NCBI RefSeq assembly: GCF_006345805.1
Contig: NC_042999.1
Coordinates: forward strand, 78,492,001 to 78,556,000
Direction of reading: 5' to 3'
DNA: 64,000 bases
From: Octopus sinensis
Taxonomy: Eukaryota
Part shown: positions 12,101-25,239 of the stretch, in pieces
Position numbering within the stretch: position 1 is the first letter of the stretch
How the letters are laid out: each line of letters starts with the position of its first letter
Position numbers and translations under genes: made by a program
Notes under the pieces: model-generated
Database searches by the model: none
Told to the model about the DNA's origin: nothing
The model's input: the letters and a program-made list of their open reading frames with translations, nothing else

Positions 12101-14160
12101 CGTTATGCACGAAAACCCGATGACATGAAGATTCCACTTAGTAATAACTCAATTTCTCGAAGCTTCGATGAAATGGTCAACAATGTCAAACATCAGCTCA
12201 ATATTCTCCAGCATTCTGAATTTTCTATACGAGTGAATAAGTCAACTGTTGTGGACAATCAAAGTTTGATGATGGTATGTGTTCGGTATTTCAGCAAAAT
12301 CTTGTGAGGAAATGCTGTTCACAGAGAAATTTCCACTTGATTCAAGAGGTGCAACTATTTTTCACACTCTCAAGTCTTTCCTTTTTGAACATAATTTCAC
12401 GTTTTAGAACATGATATCCTAAAACGTGAAATTACGCACCAGATACTAACTGTTCATTGCTTGGCACATCGGCAGCATTTAGTGGCAAAAAATATGAACA
12501 GTTGGTTGAATAATGCGCTACTGTTAGTTATCAAGACTGGGAACAAATTGAAGTCCAGTCCCTTGTCTGATCGAATTTTCTTCCAACTCTGTCTGAGAAA
12601 TGATGAGAATCATACCAAACTCTTATACCATACCGAAGTGCGGTGGCTGCCAAAAGAGAACTGTGTTTTACGCTTTGTTGAACTGTTTTATATAATCATA
12701 TCTTTCTTTGAAGATACTCCACTATCCGCTTCATTGATGGCTGCAAGGTACGATAGCTTTTTTCTTTGTAATATATTCACAAAATTATATAAGTTATTGC
12801 AAGGAAACAAAAAATTCCGCTGATTGTAAATCATTTATCACTACCTTCATTTCAAAATTGGTGTTGTATAAGACTAACATTTCAAAATGTCAATTCCATC
12901 AATTTCCACAACTTGATTCTTTGAAAGATGAGTTAGTTGATGAGGATTTAACTACATATCACAACTATTTGCAATCATTGCATGATAACATGGTGGAGCG
13001 ATTTTAAGATGTTATTGTGCTGAATATTCCAAATTGGTATAGCAATCCATGTGAGGTCGATGCAGTTATTTGCAAGGATGACATTCAGTAGGAATTGATA
13101 GAATTACAAAATGACAATGACGCCACAATGCGATATTGCCATAATGGCAAAGAAGGTTTGTAGTACCATCAGAGAATATTGAATTCTAACCCGAGTCTAT
13201 GGAAACCTCTGAAATTACTTTTGCTTGCCTTCCCTACCTCATACCTGGTTCAATCTGGTTTTAACCATGTTGGAACTTTACTTTCCCATAAAAGAATTGG
13301 ACTGGATGTGACACAACAAGGAGACTTACGGCTAAAGTTGATAAGTTTGAAACTGAATGTATCTGCACTATCTGCATTGCACCAGACACATGGTTCTCAT
13401 TAAAAAGCTTTATTCTTTTCTGTTATAATACAATCATTAATTATTTTTGCATTGGTAGTTCTGATCAATGGTTCACTTAGGGAAAATGATAATCAATGTA
13501 AAAGAAAGCGAAAGTTTCCAGAAGTTAATCTGTCTGAAAAATATAGATTTAAAGTTAGAATTTTCTTGACACTAATGGCAAAACTAAACCCACAATAAGG
13601 TGTTTGTAAACAACTGCATATTTAGTACAAACGGCACTAACAGGGCAACGAGTCTACGATATAGTGTGTGTGTGTGTGTCAAATGATATGGGGGGTGGGG
13701 TAGGGGATTTTGTGTTGGGGGGGGTCGAGGTTTTTTTTACACAGGTGGGCGATGGAGCATTTTTTGGCCGATAGGTGGGCGATATTGCAATTTGGCGCGA
13801 AAAGTTCAGGAACACTGGTTTACACGGGACATTTTCTGAGGCCATAGAGGCTATATATTGCATCACTGAAATTGTGCCTGTCATGAATATTTGTATGCAT
13901 CTGGATTTCTTGGAATTTTTCAATCCACCAAAGTCCAAGGGCAACTAAAGTCTCATTATGAGGGACTCGTCTCTGGTTTTTTAAAATATATGATTAGAGA
14001 TTGTCTAAAGTTACTATGTGGCCCTTTTACATATCATTCAGGAGATTGGTGATTGTTCTAGAACTCACAGCAAACTAGTCTTGATGTGTTTTTTTTTAAA
14101 ATCTGATGATATCATCGGCAGCATCATCATGTGGAATTTAGAGTGGCTCAGTCATCTGGG
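9175..14160 (-). mobile_element. Decayed RTE (BovB-like) LINE, split by the hAT insertion
   Basis: Minus-strand RT motif LFIALVDLSKAFDTVN at ~10390-10445, C-terminal GTPKKRLKDQ (ORF 9354-9590), and upstream QEIQMHT-like linker at ~13830-13930 on the far side of the hAT element. Confidence 0.75.
10916..13817 (+). mobile_element. Buster/Charlie-type hAT DNA transposon with decayed transposase (ZBED5/SCAND3-like)
   Basis: Perfect 8-bp TSD GTTTACAC (10908-10915 and 13818-13825). Ends catagcttcccaac...gttcaggaacactg. Transposase fragments NEAMKPSRLK, IPLSNNSISR, HCLAHRQHLVAK, LLYHTEVRWL, AFPTSYLV.SGF and GDLRLKL, with stops and frameshifts. Confidence 0.92.
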
Positions 14161-14689
14161 GTTGATATGTAATGTCAAAATAAATACATCAAATATAATT
14201 TTACACTTTTTCGACAATAATTAACCATTGTGTGAAATAACGAAAAAGCAGTAATGTAGTTTCTATTGTGTCATTCTATTTGCTAGAAATAGTAAGCAAA
14301 GCTTCTCAAATTACTAGTGTCTTAAAAGACGAACATATTGACTAATGTGGTTCTAGGCAGGGTTTAAATGAAAAAAAAAAAAAAGGTCAGAATGGTTAAG
14401 ACTGAGGTGCCTTTGATCAGCAATGACTACAGCAACAATAACAACAATAATAACTACAAAAACAGTATATATAATGTGGTAGTGTCAAAAAAGAAGGAAG
14501 CTCCTGTTATATAGAGACCGCAAATTCATTTCCTCTACCTGACAACTCAACACCCTTACAATAGGCATGAACATCACAATATCTCGATTCCATTATATCC
14601 TTAAATCTTTGCACCTAATAAAGCTAAAAATAATAATATTTTTCAACACGTAAATAGTAACATTTCTTCCTATTTTACCTTATTGTATA

Positions 14690-14771
14690 TATACGTATGT
14701 ATGTATGTATGTATGTATGTATGTATGTATGTATGTATGTATGTATGTATGTATGTATGTATGTATGCATG

Positions 14772-14863
<92 letters not shown>
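14690..14863. repeat. (TATG)n plus (TA)n microsatellite
   Basis: Direct inspection. Confidence 0.95.
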
Positions 14864-14865
<2 letters not shown>

Positions 14866-15243
14866 TTATCATTTTTTTCTCTCATTAAATCTAATTAAAT
14901 ATTTGTCAATTGACTCTTATAACCAGGAACAAAATCTCACAAAAGCATTAAAACAAATTCAGAGATAAATCAAACTCAGATAAAAATAATAACCAGTTTC
15001 TAGTTTTACTTTATATATTTTTGATATGTTTTTTTTGTTTCTCATTTTGTTGTTGTCCTGGTTATTATTTCACTTTTCCTTAATTTCATATTAAATTACA
15101 ACATCCTTAGTGGTCTGTTTATATCACAGTTTCCTTAGTTGTGAGATCTTTTCCTTCCTTCACTTCACTCTTACTCCCTCTACACACATACATAGACTTG
15201 CATGCATTCATTTTCACGTCTAAATGAGTATGCACACATTTAA

Positions 15244-15244
<1 letters not shown>

Positions 15245-15336
<92 letters not shown>

Positions 15337-15516
15337 TTACATATATATACACATGCACACATTTCTATACTCTTGAAAGTGTAAGTACACCCACAAAATA
15401 TATAAAAAAATACTTGTTTACGTATTCACACACACACACACACACAGATACACACACACACACATAGATACACACACACACAGATGCACACACACACACA
15501 ACACACACACACACAC

Positions 15517-15567
<51 letters not shown>

Positions 15568-15790
15568 TATATATATTATATATATATACTTACATATATA
15601 TACACATGCACACATTTCTATACTCTTGAAAGTGTAAGTACACCCACAAAATATATAAAAAAATACTTGTTTACGTATTCACACACACACACACACACAG
15701 ATACACACACACACACATAGATACACACACACACAGATGCACACACACACACACACACACACAGAGATATACACACACACACAACACACT
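15245..15790. repeat. Local tandem duplication (~253-bp period) embedded in (CA)n/(TA)n
   Basis: catttctatactcttgaaagtgtaagtacacccacaaaatatataaaaaaatacttgtttacgtattc occurs at ~15360 and ~15613. Confidence 0.85.
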
Positions 15791-16510
15791 CACATTCCCC
15801 CCCACTAAACATATATAAAAACTTCCACACATGCACACATCTCCACGTCCACACACGTACATATACATCTATTTTGACATCTATACATACTTGTGTAGAT
15901 AAAAGAGCACTCACTTTCTTTGTCTCTCTCTCTCTCTCACTCTCTCTCTCATGCATGGTTACACACTTGCACATACACACTTGTACAGATAGGTGTAAAA
16001 AAAAGGGCACATAACACATGTGAAGCCCTTCAAAATACGGAGACAAAGAAACTTCAGTTTCTTGTCCTATTTAATTTGGAGGTCCCGGTACCAGAGAAAT
16101 GCCATACCCAGTATAACCTGGAATGTTCTCATCAGAGCCACTCCTTGTTCACTTGCAGAGTGGGATTGTCGTCCTAATCTCTGCGAGGGACTGCACATAT
16201 TGCAACAATTTACTGTATCTGTTTCAGGAATACTGAACTGTCATTATGCTACCACCAGCAGGGCTCTGTGTTAGCTAATTAATCCATTAACCAAAAATCG
16301 ATGACATATTCTTGGCTCCAAGTCATACAATCATCTACAGAGTCCTTTACAAGAAAACTGAACAAAATTTCATTGGAATTTATAACCATCACCAATCATC
16401 ACAAAGCCATCTCCATACTTCATAGTAGGAGCCAAACAATCAGGACTGAATACTTCTTTGAGTTGTCTTCAGGCACAAACTCACCCCGAAGTTGGAAAAT
16501 GGGTGAATGG

Positions 16511-16731
16511 TATGAGGGAGTGCTGAAAAGCTATTGGCTTTAAGGGTTTTGCAAAAGGCCTGGCTGGAGGCCCAACCTTCCAAGTTCTTTCACAGGACTT
16601 AGAAAAACTGAAGGACTGCTGCCATAAGTGTGTGAATCTGAGAGGAGAACATGTTGAATAAAATCACAATTAACTGATCCTCTTGTGTTTTCCTTTACAC
16701 AAAGCCAAGAACTTTGCAACACCCCCTCGTA
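16511..16731 (+). mobile_element. Mariner-derived MITE (~220 bp)
   Basis: TIRs tatgagggagtgctgaaaagctattggcttt and aaagccaagaactttgcaacaccccctcgta with TA ends. The interior retains the mariner C-terminus KCVNLRGEHVE*. Confidence 0.8.
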
Positions 16732-17174
16732 ATTTATCAGAAAGAGATTACGTCGTGCCATTGAACCATAGTCTTCTTCTAATAATAAGATGCCACTTTT
16801 TTCTGCCTGTCAATGTTGATCGGATGAGGAGAGATTTAGCAATTCTAACCCTCCCATGGTATCCAACTGTAGGGAGCTCATGATGAATAGTTTTGGTTGG
16901 CAAAGTGATGGTTTAACTTTACTGTAATATTTTGATGGTCTTTAGACATAGTAAGTTTCACTATTCTGTAGTCACTCTCTATGAGCTTAGCCCCCTATAC
17001 AAAAATATGCTTGTCTGAACGGATTCTACCTTGGTATTAAAATGCCAACATGATTTTAGAGACTGAACCTCTTGAAACATTAAAAAATTCAGTTGATTTA
17101 GTGACTGAAATTCCCTCCATCCGCGCTTCAACAATTGCCCTCTTGGGAAATTAGATAGGTCGAGCACTTTAACT

Positions 17175-17655
17175 TATCATCATCATCGTTTAACGTCTGC
17201 TTTCCACGCTAGCATGGGTTGGACGATTTGACTGAGGTCTGGCGAACCAGATGGCTGCACCAGACTCCAATCTGATCTAGCAGAGTTTCTATAGCTGGAT
17301 GCACTTCCTAACGCTAACCACTCCGAGAGTGTAGTGGGTGCTTTTACGTGCCACCGGCACGAGGGCCAGTCAGGCAGTACTAGCAACGGCCACGCTCAAA
17401 TGGTGCTTTTTATGTGCCACCTGCACAGGAGCCAGTCCAGCGGCACTGGCAACGACCTCGCTCGAATGTTTTTTTTTCACGTGCCACTAGCACAAGTGCT
17501 AGTAAAGCGGCGCAGGTAACAATCACGCTTGAATGGTGTTTTTAACGTGCCATCGGCACAGAGGCCAGCTTGTTGCTCTGGCAACGATCTCATTCGTATG
17601 GTACTCTTAGCGCTCCACTAGCACGGAGGCCAGTCATCGAATTTGATTTCGATCT
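17175..17655 (-). mobile_element. RTE LINE 3' tail (5'-truncated) with internal repeats and (GAT)n end
   Basis: Highly similar to 31450-31935, where the same tail is attached to RTE ORF2 sequence. Confidence 0.85.
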
Positions 17656-18258
17656 AAATATAAATATCTGATAAAATGGAAAGAGAAAAATAGAAGGCTA
17701 TATCATGAAGTACAAGATATACATATGCATATGAACACATATGAACTAGAACAGTTCTGAATTCATCATATTGATAATAAAAGAATAGTTAAATAAAAAA
17801 AATGGTGTTTCCATTATTTTGTCCAACACCTGTATTTTCTCAGTATTTTTCTTAGTGATAATTCTTTCCGGTCATATTGTTCGTGGACCTAAAAGGGAAC
17901 TGTAATTCATGAATAATACTTTTTTCTATAACTCAAGTACTACGCCATCGACTTTGCAAACATGAATATATGTACACACTATTTTCTACAACACAGAATC
18001 ACTTCACTTCAGTTATGAATTTACATAAATTATATTTTAATATACTGTAATTTTAAATTTGTTACTTTTTCTATGCATGAACAAATATTCATTTTAAAAG
18101 TGTTTTTTAGTACTCTTGTTAGAACCCATACTATTTAACTACTTTGAATTCTAGTACCACTTGTACCAGAAGGAGTTTACACTTCTCGTGGCACGTGGAA
18201 AATAAAGGAAAATTTACCGCAGTTGATTGGGAAAAAATATAAGAATAAAGTGAGAGAA

Positions 18259-18306
<48 letters not shown>

Positions 18307-18369
18307 AGAGAGAGAGAGCTGGAGAGGAAGAGATGTGGTAGGAGATAAAGAAAAAAGGTATGCTCACTT

Positions 18370-18808
18370 GCTCAATTATTCATATTGCTAGGGCATCCCA
18401 CTTTAAAATCTTTTGAGACATTCCAAAACATTCACGGTATTATTGCAGGTGACAGCAAGGCTGAGAAGCTAGATCAGCCAGGCACCTTCCCGAATATTAT
18501 CTGCTATTTCAGAGAGGCAGGATGTTAACGAAGTCAGAAACCTCTTTGTCAATGATCTGGCACCTACCAACATCTCAAAAACCATTGGTTGAAAATATAA
18601 TTTCCTTTATTTCATTCAGCTACGAATGAAGTAAATCTCATCACCATCGCAGCATGTGCGATGGATTAAATGAGCTGCTAACATAACATCCATAGACACC
18701 TGCCTGTAGCTCAAGTGTAAAGAATGAAAAACAGATACGTAAATTTATTGTTATCTCTACATAACTTTTTGTTTCAAAAGCTTTGATATCATCCATCCAT
18801 CCATCCAT

Positions 18809-18842
<34 letters not shown>

Positions 18843-19200
18843 GTCCATCCATCCATCTAGGCTGTGTAGACCTTGTTTTTTTGCCTGAAGGGTAACTGTT
18901 TGGAGGACTTGGGACATTGAATTTTTGCTGCATGTGGGATGTCAAAGGACGTGCCTAAAACGATAACTCAGTCACATGCCTATCTGTTTCATGTGCTGCC
19001 ATAGATAACTGACGTAACACAGGCAGAGCTCTGACCTGTTGGAGGTAAACTCCGTTGCTGGAAATTGAATAATAAAAATGATATGTTAGATATTGAACTT
19101 TAGCAAAGTTTTGGATTTCTTTACTGTTCCGCTTACAAATTGGATTTGTAGAGTGCGTCTTGGCTACATACATTTCCTTTGCCTGAACATCTACGATTTA
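18370..19200 (-). mobile_element. Highly decayed hAT (ZMYM1-like) transposase remnant, interrupted by (CCAT)n
   Basis: Minus strand near 18380-18500 resembles the hAT dimerisation motif LPVT...ERSFS.LKR.K, with stops and frameshifts. Confidence 0.35.
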
Positions 19201-19223
19201 TGAGATTTTCATCTGCATCAATA

Positions 19224-19225
<2 letters not shown>

Positions 19226-19282
<57 letters not shown>

Positions 19283-19424
19283 GTATGTATGTATGTATGT
19301 ATGTATGTATGTATGTATGTATGTATGTATGTATGTATGTATATATATATATATATATAATATGTATGTATATATATATATATGTATGTATATATATGTA
19401 TATATATATATGTATGTATATGTA

Positions 19425-19478
<54 letters not shown>

Positions 19479-19496
19479 ATATATTATATATATATA

Positions 19497-19533
<37 letters not shown>
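19226..19533. repeat. (TATG)n/(TA)n microsatellite
   Basis: Direct inspection. Confidence 0.95.
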
Positions 19534-19535
<2 letters not shown>

Positions 19536-19950
19536 AGATAATGGTGTCATTGAGACCCAAAGGTGTCAGGTAATGCTGAATAAGTGCTATAGACAGACCA
19601 TAGTTAAGTTCCAGATTCGGTAATATTGCGAATAAAGGGTTCAACCTTGGTTTTATGTCAGCGTGTGTATATATGAATTTTTTGTGTAATGAGATAAAAA
19701 ACCCCCAAAGGCTGTATAGATATTAGAGCATTTATAGATAAAAGGTCTTACAGGATATTATTACACATACACGCAGAGAGACACACATATTCACCTCATC
19801 CTAACCCCAAAATCATTGATGCTTGAAGGAAAGCCAAAAAAAGAAAAAAACGGGTACATCTTTTTCAATTCTACATTTCTGCTAAAACGGACAGGTCAGT
19901 AAACAAGCTCGCCTTGAATTCATAATATTCTGTACTGACCCTGAGATGTA

Positions 19951-20238
19951 TAATATATTTGTTTTAATCTTTTCTGCCCATTTTTTCAAATATTCTCATC
20001 ATACTGTTGTACTTTCTTATGTCCTTAACATGTCCTTGTTACCAAAGACTGTATATATACATGCAATGTGGCAATTTGCAACAACCAATAATTAACGCAA
20101 CCAAACTTCCAATAATATATTTGTTTTATTCTTTTCTGCCCATTTTTTCAAATATTCTCATCACACTGTTGTACTTCTTTATGTCCTTAACATGTCCCTG
20201 TTACCAAAGACTGTATATATACATGTAATGTGGCAATT
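19951..20238. repeat. Direct duplication of ~126 bp (162-bp period)
   Basis: taatatatttgtttt...gactgtatatatacatg..atgtggcaatt occurs at 19951 and 20113. Confidence 0.85.
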
Positions 20239-20489
20239 ATGTAAAAAAAATTTTTGAATTCATAATATTCTATGTTACTTTTGACAATCTTTTTCCAAAG
20301 AGTGAAACCGGTTAAGCAAATAAACATCTTTCAAATTGCATTTTCAAACCTTCTTTCGTATATAATTCCACTCGTGCGATACCCCACAACTCAACTTTGT
20401 TATATATATATATATATATATTAGACAGAATGAGATAACAAATCCAAGGCTGTAAGTTCCAATAGCAGCTCATGTTTAGTCATCTATTT

Positions 20490-20559
20490 CCTGGACCATG
20501 GTTTCAGACTTTTTTTTAGCAAATAAAATAATTTACTAGGCAAAGTCTTCGTCAACAGG
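20490..20559 (-). ncRNA. Hammerhead ribozyme-like motif (C3U variant) in a solitary relative of the 487-bp unit
   Basis: Minus strand: CCUG-UUGACGA-AGACUUU...AAAGUCU-GAAAC-CAUG-GUC^CAGG. Stems I and II are perfect and stem III is the palindrome ACCAUGGU. Adjacent 20580-20776 is homologous to the array unit. Confidence 0.7.
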
Positions 20560-21396
20560 TACACCAAGATTAAACATATAAGTACGAGGCTAATCCAGTA
20601 TGTGCCTCTTGCTTATACATTTTAATTTTTTTCAAATCCACCGCGCAAGCGCAGTTTTTTGTTGGCGGCAAAAAAATACTGGCAATTTCTTCGAACGATT
20701 TTCCAGAAATCATTATACATAATTAATAATATCAGGGTAATAAAGATTTTAGAAATTTTCACTACCAGTGGTCTAGCGTATAGCTGCTGCATTCATTGCA
20801 CATACCAGTAACGCCCCCTCCCCATACAGATATAATAAAGGAAGAAAGATCCTTCCCGGACCATAGTTCAGAAAGGCGGTTTCCCTCTGATTGGGACGTT
20901 GGTTCGATGTAGGATTACTAAATTTTGCCAACGGAGTGGACTTGGAGTAAGAACACCACGCATTGCCTGGTGCAGGAATCAAAACCACAATCTTAAGATC
21001 ATGAGTGCAACATTCTAACCACTAAGCTACACACTTCTACACACATATACATATAAAAAAAAAATACGAAAATTATGAGTTGAGGAGGTTTTGAAGGTAC
21101 TGTAACAGCTATGGGTATTACTTCCCTTTCTCAAATTAACTAAAGAAAAGATAAGACCGCTAACGTGCCTTTCCTGTCACTCGTTTCCTCTCTCTCAACA
21201 TTGGTTGCTGTGTCAAGTGGGTGCCAACACCTAAATCTCTTGTCTTACTATTCTCTCTCTCTCACACACACACACACAAACTTTCTCTCACTCTCACACA
21301 CATTTTATCTCTCACATACATTCTCTCTCTCTCTCTTACACACACACTCTCTCTCTCTCTCTTACACACACATACAGGCATTTTCTCTCATACTTC

Positions 21397-21433
<37 letters not shown>

Positions 21434-21883
21434 CAGACAGACAGACACACAAACATTCTCTCTCTATTTCCCTTTCCTCCCAGCATATTTAAATCTAGAC
21501 ACCCTTTAACCATCATTCTCAACTAGACCCCGCCCGTCACCACATTATCATCCACAACACATCCACACCCAAATGTCCAGTCACACTACCCCTCCACACG
21601 TCAGCTCCACTTGCTGTAATAGCTTCCCACCCACCTACAGCATCAACTAGCAGACCATTAAAACATATAACTACCACCCACATACCTCTGTCACTGCCCA
21701 CACCACACCACACCACGCCCAAACGCATCGCACCGTCACTTCCATTCACCTCATCCCTGGCTGTAATCTCACCGACACCATCTTCGCTCATATAGACTAT
21801 TCAACACATCACCACCGTCTTATCACAGCCGATACCACCATCCCTATCTCCATCCATGTTAATACACACGCACACACACACAT

Positions 21884-21944
<61 letters not shown>

Positions 21945-22067
21945 CACACACACACACACGCACACACACACCAGCAAATTAAGGACACAGTGGATATTGT
22001 AGTTCAAAAAACAGACAATGCTGAATATGGCTGGTAGGCCTTTGATCATAAGTTTGCTCCATTGGGG

Positions 22068-22234
22068 CACTAGCGCAGCTAGAGTGTGTGCCGCTCGGAG
22101 CGGCCCTTCCGTTTGCCGACCCCCCGGACCCCTCAAAAAATTACATATTACCTACAGCAGATCCAAAAGTACCGCTCCTTTAAAAGTGCCGCCCAAGGCG
22201 GACCGCTCTTGCTCACCCCCTAGCTACTTTAGTG
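22068..22234. mobile_element. hAT-type MITE
   Basis: Imperfect TIRs cactagcgcagctag and ctagctactttagtg. Flanks cattgggg and catcgaag match at 5 of 8 positions (possible decayed TSD). Confidence 0.55.
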
Positions 22235-22400
22235 CATCGAAGTTGACATGGGATCTTTATTTAGGTGTAACATTCATACGCACGCACGCGCGTGCTCACA
22301 CACATACATTACTTACACTGACATATCCATTAGTTTAAACGGAAGTGTGAGTGTAATTCAGAAGAAAGTACTCAATACTACAGTTAAGTGTAGTAATGTA

Positions 22401-22966
22401 TTGGGTTGTCCGGAAAGTTCGTGCCGATTTATAGTAGCATACTTTTTGACTTATTTTAGAACATGGTTGAGTCCATAAAATAGGATTTGACTACACCTCC
22501 ATTTAGAGCACAGTTTAAGCTATCTTTTCGTGGAAGAAGGTTTATGTTCCTATAACCTGTGTTAATTCTGTAACCCTTTAAAACGGAAGATATGAAAGTT
22601 CATTTTCGGCACTTGATGCTTTGGGAACCAAGCAAAAATTGCTGCAGCTCGGCTGGGATGTGTTACCCCACCCTCTATATTCACCAGATATTGCTCCTTC
22701 GGATTTCCACTTATCCAGGTCTCTGCAGAATAGTCTTAATGGTAAAAATTTCAATTCCTTGGATGACGTAAAAAGATACCTTTATGAATTCTTTGCCATG
22801 AAACCACCTCAATTCTAAGAAGAGAGTATTTTCAAGTTAAAGGAAAGATGCAGACGCATTGTGCAACAAAATGCTTAATATATATTTGATTAAAAATGTA
22901 ATGGCAAGTATTTATTGACCTTTTCCTTTCCTTTAAAAATCGGCACGAACTTTCTGGATAACCCAA
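22401..22966 (+). mobile_element. Internally deleted mariner element
   Basis: 30-bp TIRs ttgggttgtccggaaagttcgtgccgattt and aaatcggcacgaactttctggataacccaa, with TA on both sides. Transposase N-terminus (KVHFRHLML) is joined directly to the C-terminus (GWDVLPHPLYSPDIAPSDFHL). Confidence 0.92.
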
Positions 22967-23250
22967 TATTTCGGCTGATCCAGAAACCTGCCAGTCAGAA
23001 GCGTCGCGTCGCACGGGGAGGTAGGACCTCGATGAAATTTTGGGGCAGCTGCTGATCACGTATGTGATGTCTTCCATGGAAATTTATTTTCAGTTACATC
23101 CTGGGTTCTCAAGGGTTCATTGTCTCTTGTTTGCAAGGTATTTCATAGTAATCTGCGCTTGGATTGCAAATGTCCAGTCTTTGAAGTGTGATGTAGCGGT
23201 CGAGTGTGCAAGACAGGCTGTACTTCATGTTGATATTACTGTCTCATTAA

Positions 23251-23830
23251 GGCGGTGAGCTGGTAGAATCGTTAGCACGCCGGGCAAAATGCTTAGCGGT
23301 ATTTCGTCTGTCGTTACGTTCTGAGTTCAAATTCCGCCGAGGTCGACTTTGCCTTTCATCCTTTCGGGGTCAATAAATTAAGTACCAGTTACACACTGGG
23401 GTCGATGTAATCGACTTAATCCGTTTGTGTGTCCTTTCTGTGTTTAGCCCCTAGTGGGTAGTAAAAGAAATAGGTATTTCGCTCATCGCTACATTTCGAG
23501 TTCAAATTCCACTGAGATCGACTTTGCCTTTCATCCTTTCGGAGGTCAATAAAAAAAAAAACTACGAGCTGCGTACTGGGCTCGATCTAATCGACTGGTT
23601 CCCCTCCCCGCAAATTTCAGACCTTGTGCCTAAGGTAGAAAGGATATTACTGTCTCATCGAAGGCTCGAGTTGGCAGAATCTCAGTTCAAATTTCACCGA
23701 GGTCGACTTTGTCTTTCATCCTGTCGGGGATCATAAAAAAAAAGAAAAAAACCAGTTAAGCACTGGGGTCGCTGATAATCTACTTACCCCTTCCTCCGAA
23801 ATTGCTGGCTTTGTGCCAAAATTTGAAATC
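23251..23830 (+). mobile_element. Tandem cluster of family A SINEs
   Basis: Three head/core copies: ggcggtgagctggtagaatcgttagc...gttcaaattccgccgaggtcgactttgcctttcatcc. Confidence 0.9.
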
Positions 23831-23976
23831 GATATCATTGTCTCATCTTGACGTCTTCGGGAAACATACCCCTGCATAGTCTTCTTTTTGGTATGCTGTG
23901 CGTTTCATATTTATGTCTTCTTTAAGGTACGTTAGTTGGCAGTTTTGGGACTGTATGAGATGTATACATGCATGTA

Positions 23977-24053
<77 letters not shown>

Positions 24054-24554
24054 TGATACATATAAATTCGACATGGGCGATTCTTTCTTGTCTTGGGATT
24101 CACGGTCAAACGGCTGGGTGGAATTGCGTGATAGATGAATAAGGAAGGAAGGGGTGATGTCATACTTTTGGTAGTGGGATGATGAAAATTGTACGCTGAA
24201 AAAATAAATCAAACAGCGTTTCAACTCTGTGTGAATATATGTGTATGTAAAGGGTGGGGTATGTGAATGTGCATGTGTGCGTGTGTGTGCGTGCGTGCAT
24301 GTGCGCGCGAAATGGAAGCGGGATGGTTCATCTTTGCTCGCTTAGTATTTGGGTTTATTTTTGGATTTGGTTGAATCTTGGTTGTTATTTTTGTTGGTCA
24401 GTTATTTTTAGCGTTTTGACAGAAAAAAGCCATCCTAAAATTGTTTTTTAACGTAAGTGGGCCCAAACAAGTCGAATGCTTACACAGAGTAGGTTTTACA
24501 GCCACATCATCCAAACCGATCAGGTGAAACCGGGCTTAACTGCTGGTACATATA

Positions 24555-24899
24555 TATAGGGTGTGGCAGAGAGGACGGACGTTTTTGAAAAATGCGCAAA
24601 ATCATTGATTTTAGATGCAAACAAATTTCATTGATATCAATGTGTTTGTATTGAATTAGCATTTGTCAAAATCAAGTGTGGAAAAAAACATCCATTATGT
24701 GGTATCCGTTTTCATTGATGCATTTCTGAAGGCGTTCTTGGAAGTTGGCCTCCGCTCTCTTCAGCATTGCTCTGTGCATAGTCCCATGGTTTAAACTGTT
24801 GCCCAATGACCAATTTGTATGGGTGGAAATGCAGGTCTTCATACAAAATAAGCTTTACCGATCGATTACCGATGCCAAGTTCAGTGGAATGCCTCCGAG
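24555..24899 (-). mobile_element. Tc1/mariner-superfamily (DD37D-like) deleted transposon fragment
   Basis: Translation RRHSTELGIGNRSVKLILYEDLHFHPYKL matches the HTH-to-HPYK region of such transposases. End sequence ta-gggtgtggcagagagg. Confidence 0.65.
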
Positions 24900-25239
24900 C
24901 AGTGGTTCTTAACCAGGATACGTATGGTCCCTGAGAGTCCATATAAAATTTCTGGGGGTCCACACAACAAAATAATAAATTCAGGATCAACAATAGCATT
25001 TTAAGGAACCTCGAAAGAATTTTGCTGTAGATGTATGCATTGGTGATGTACTGCAAGAAAAGGGTTTCTTTCTCTAGCATTTTACATAGTTCAACCCACA
25101 CAAGTTAATGTGTGAAAAACAATGTAGGAATTTGAAAGAAGTTTCTATAAAACTGTTTTTAAACATCGAATGGCTCATCAAAAATAAAATAGTAACCAAA
25201 TGGGTCCATAGATAAAAAAAAAATGGTTGAAAACCCCTG
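24900..25239. mobile_element. Charlie-type hAT MITE
   Basis: TIRs cagtggttcttaacc and ggttgaaaacccctg. No matching 8-bp TSD seen. Confidence 0.7.

Noticed and set aside
11770-13403. Domesticated ZBED/SCAND3-like host gene
   Set aside because: Multiple stops and frameshifts, and it is enclosed by TIRs and a TSD, so it is a dead transposon.
15245-15790. Functional duplicated element
   Set aside because: Embedded in microsatellites; slippage or an assembly artefact is more likely, and no structure was found.
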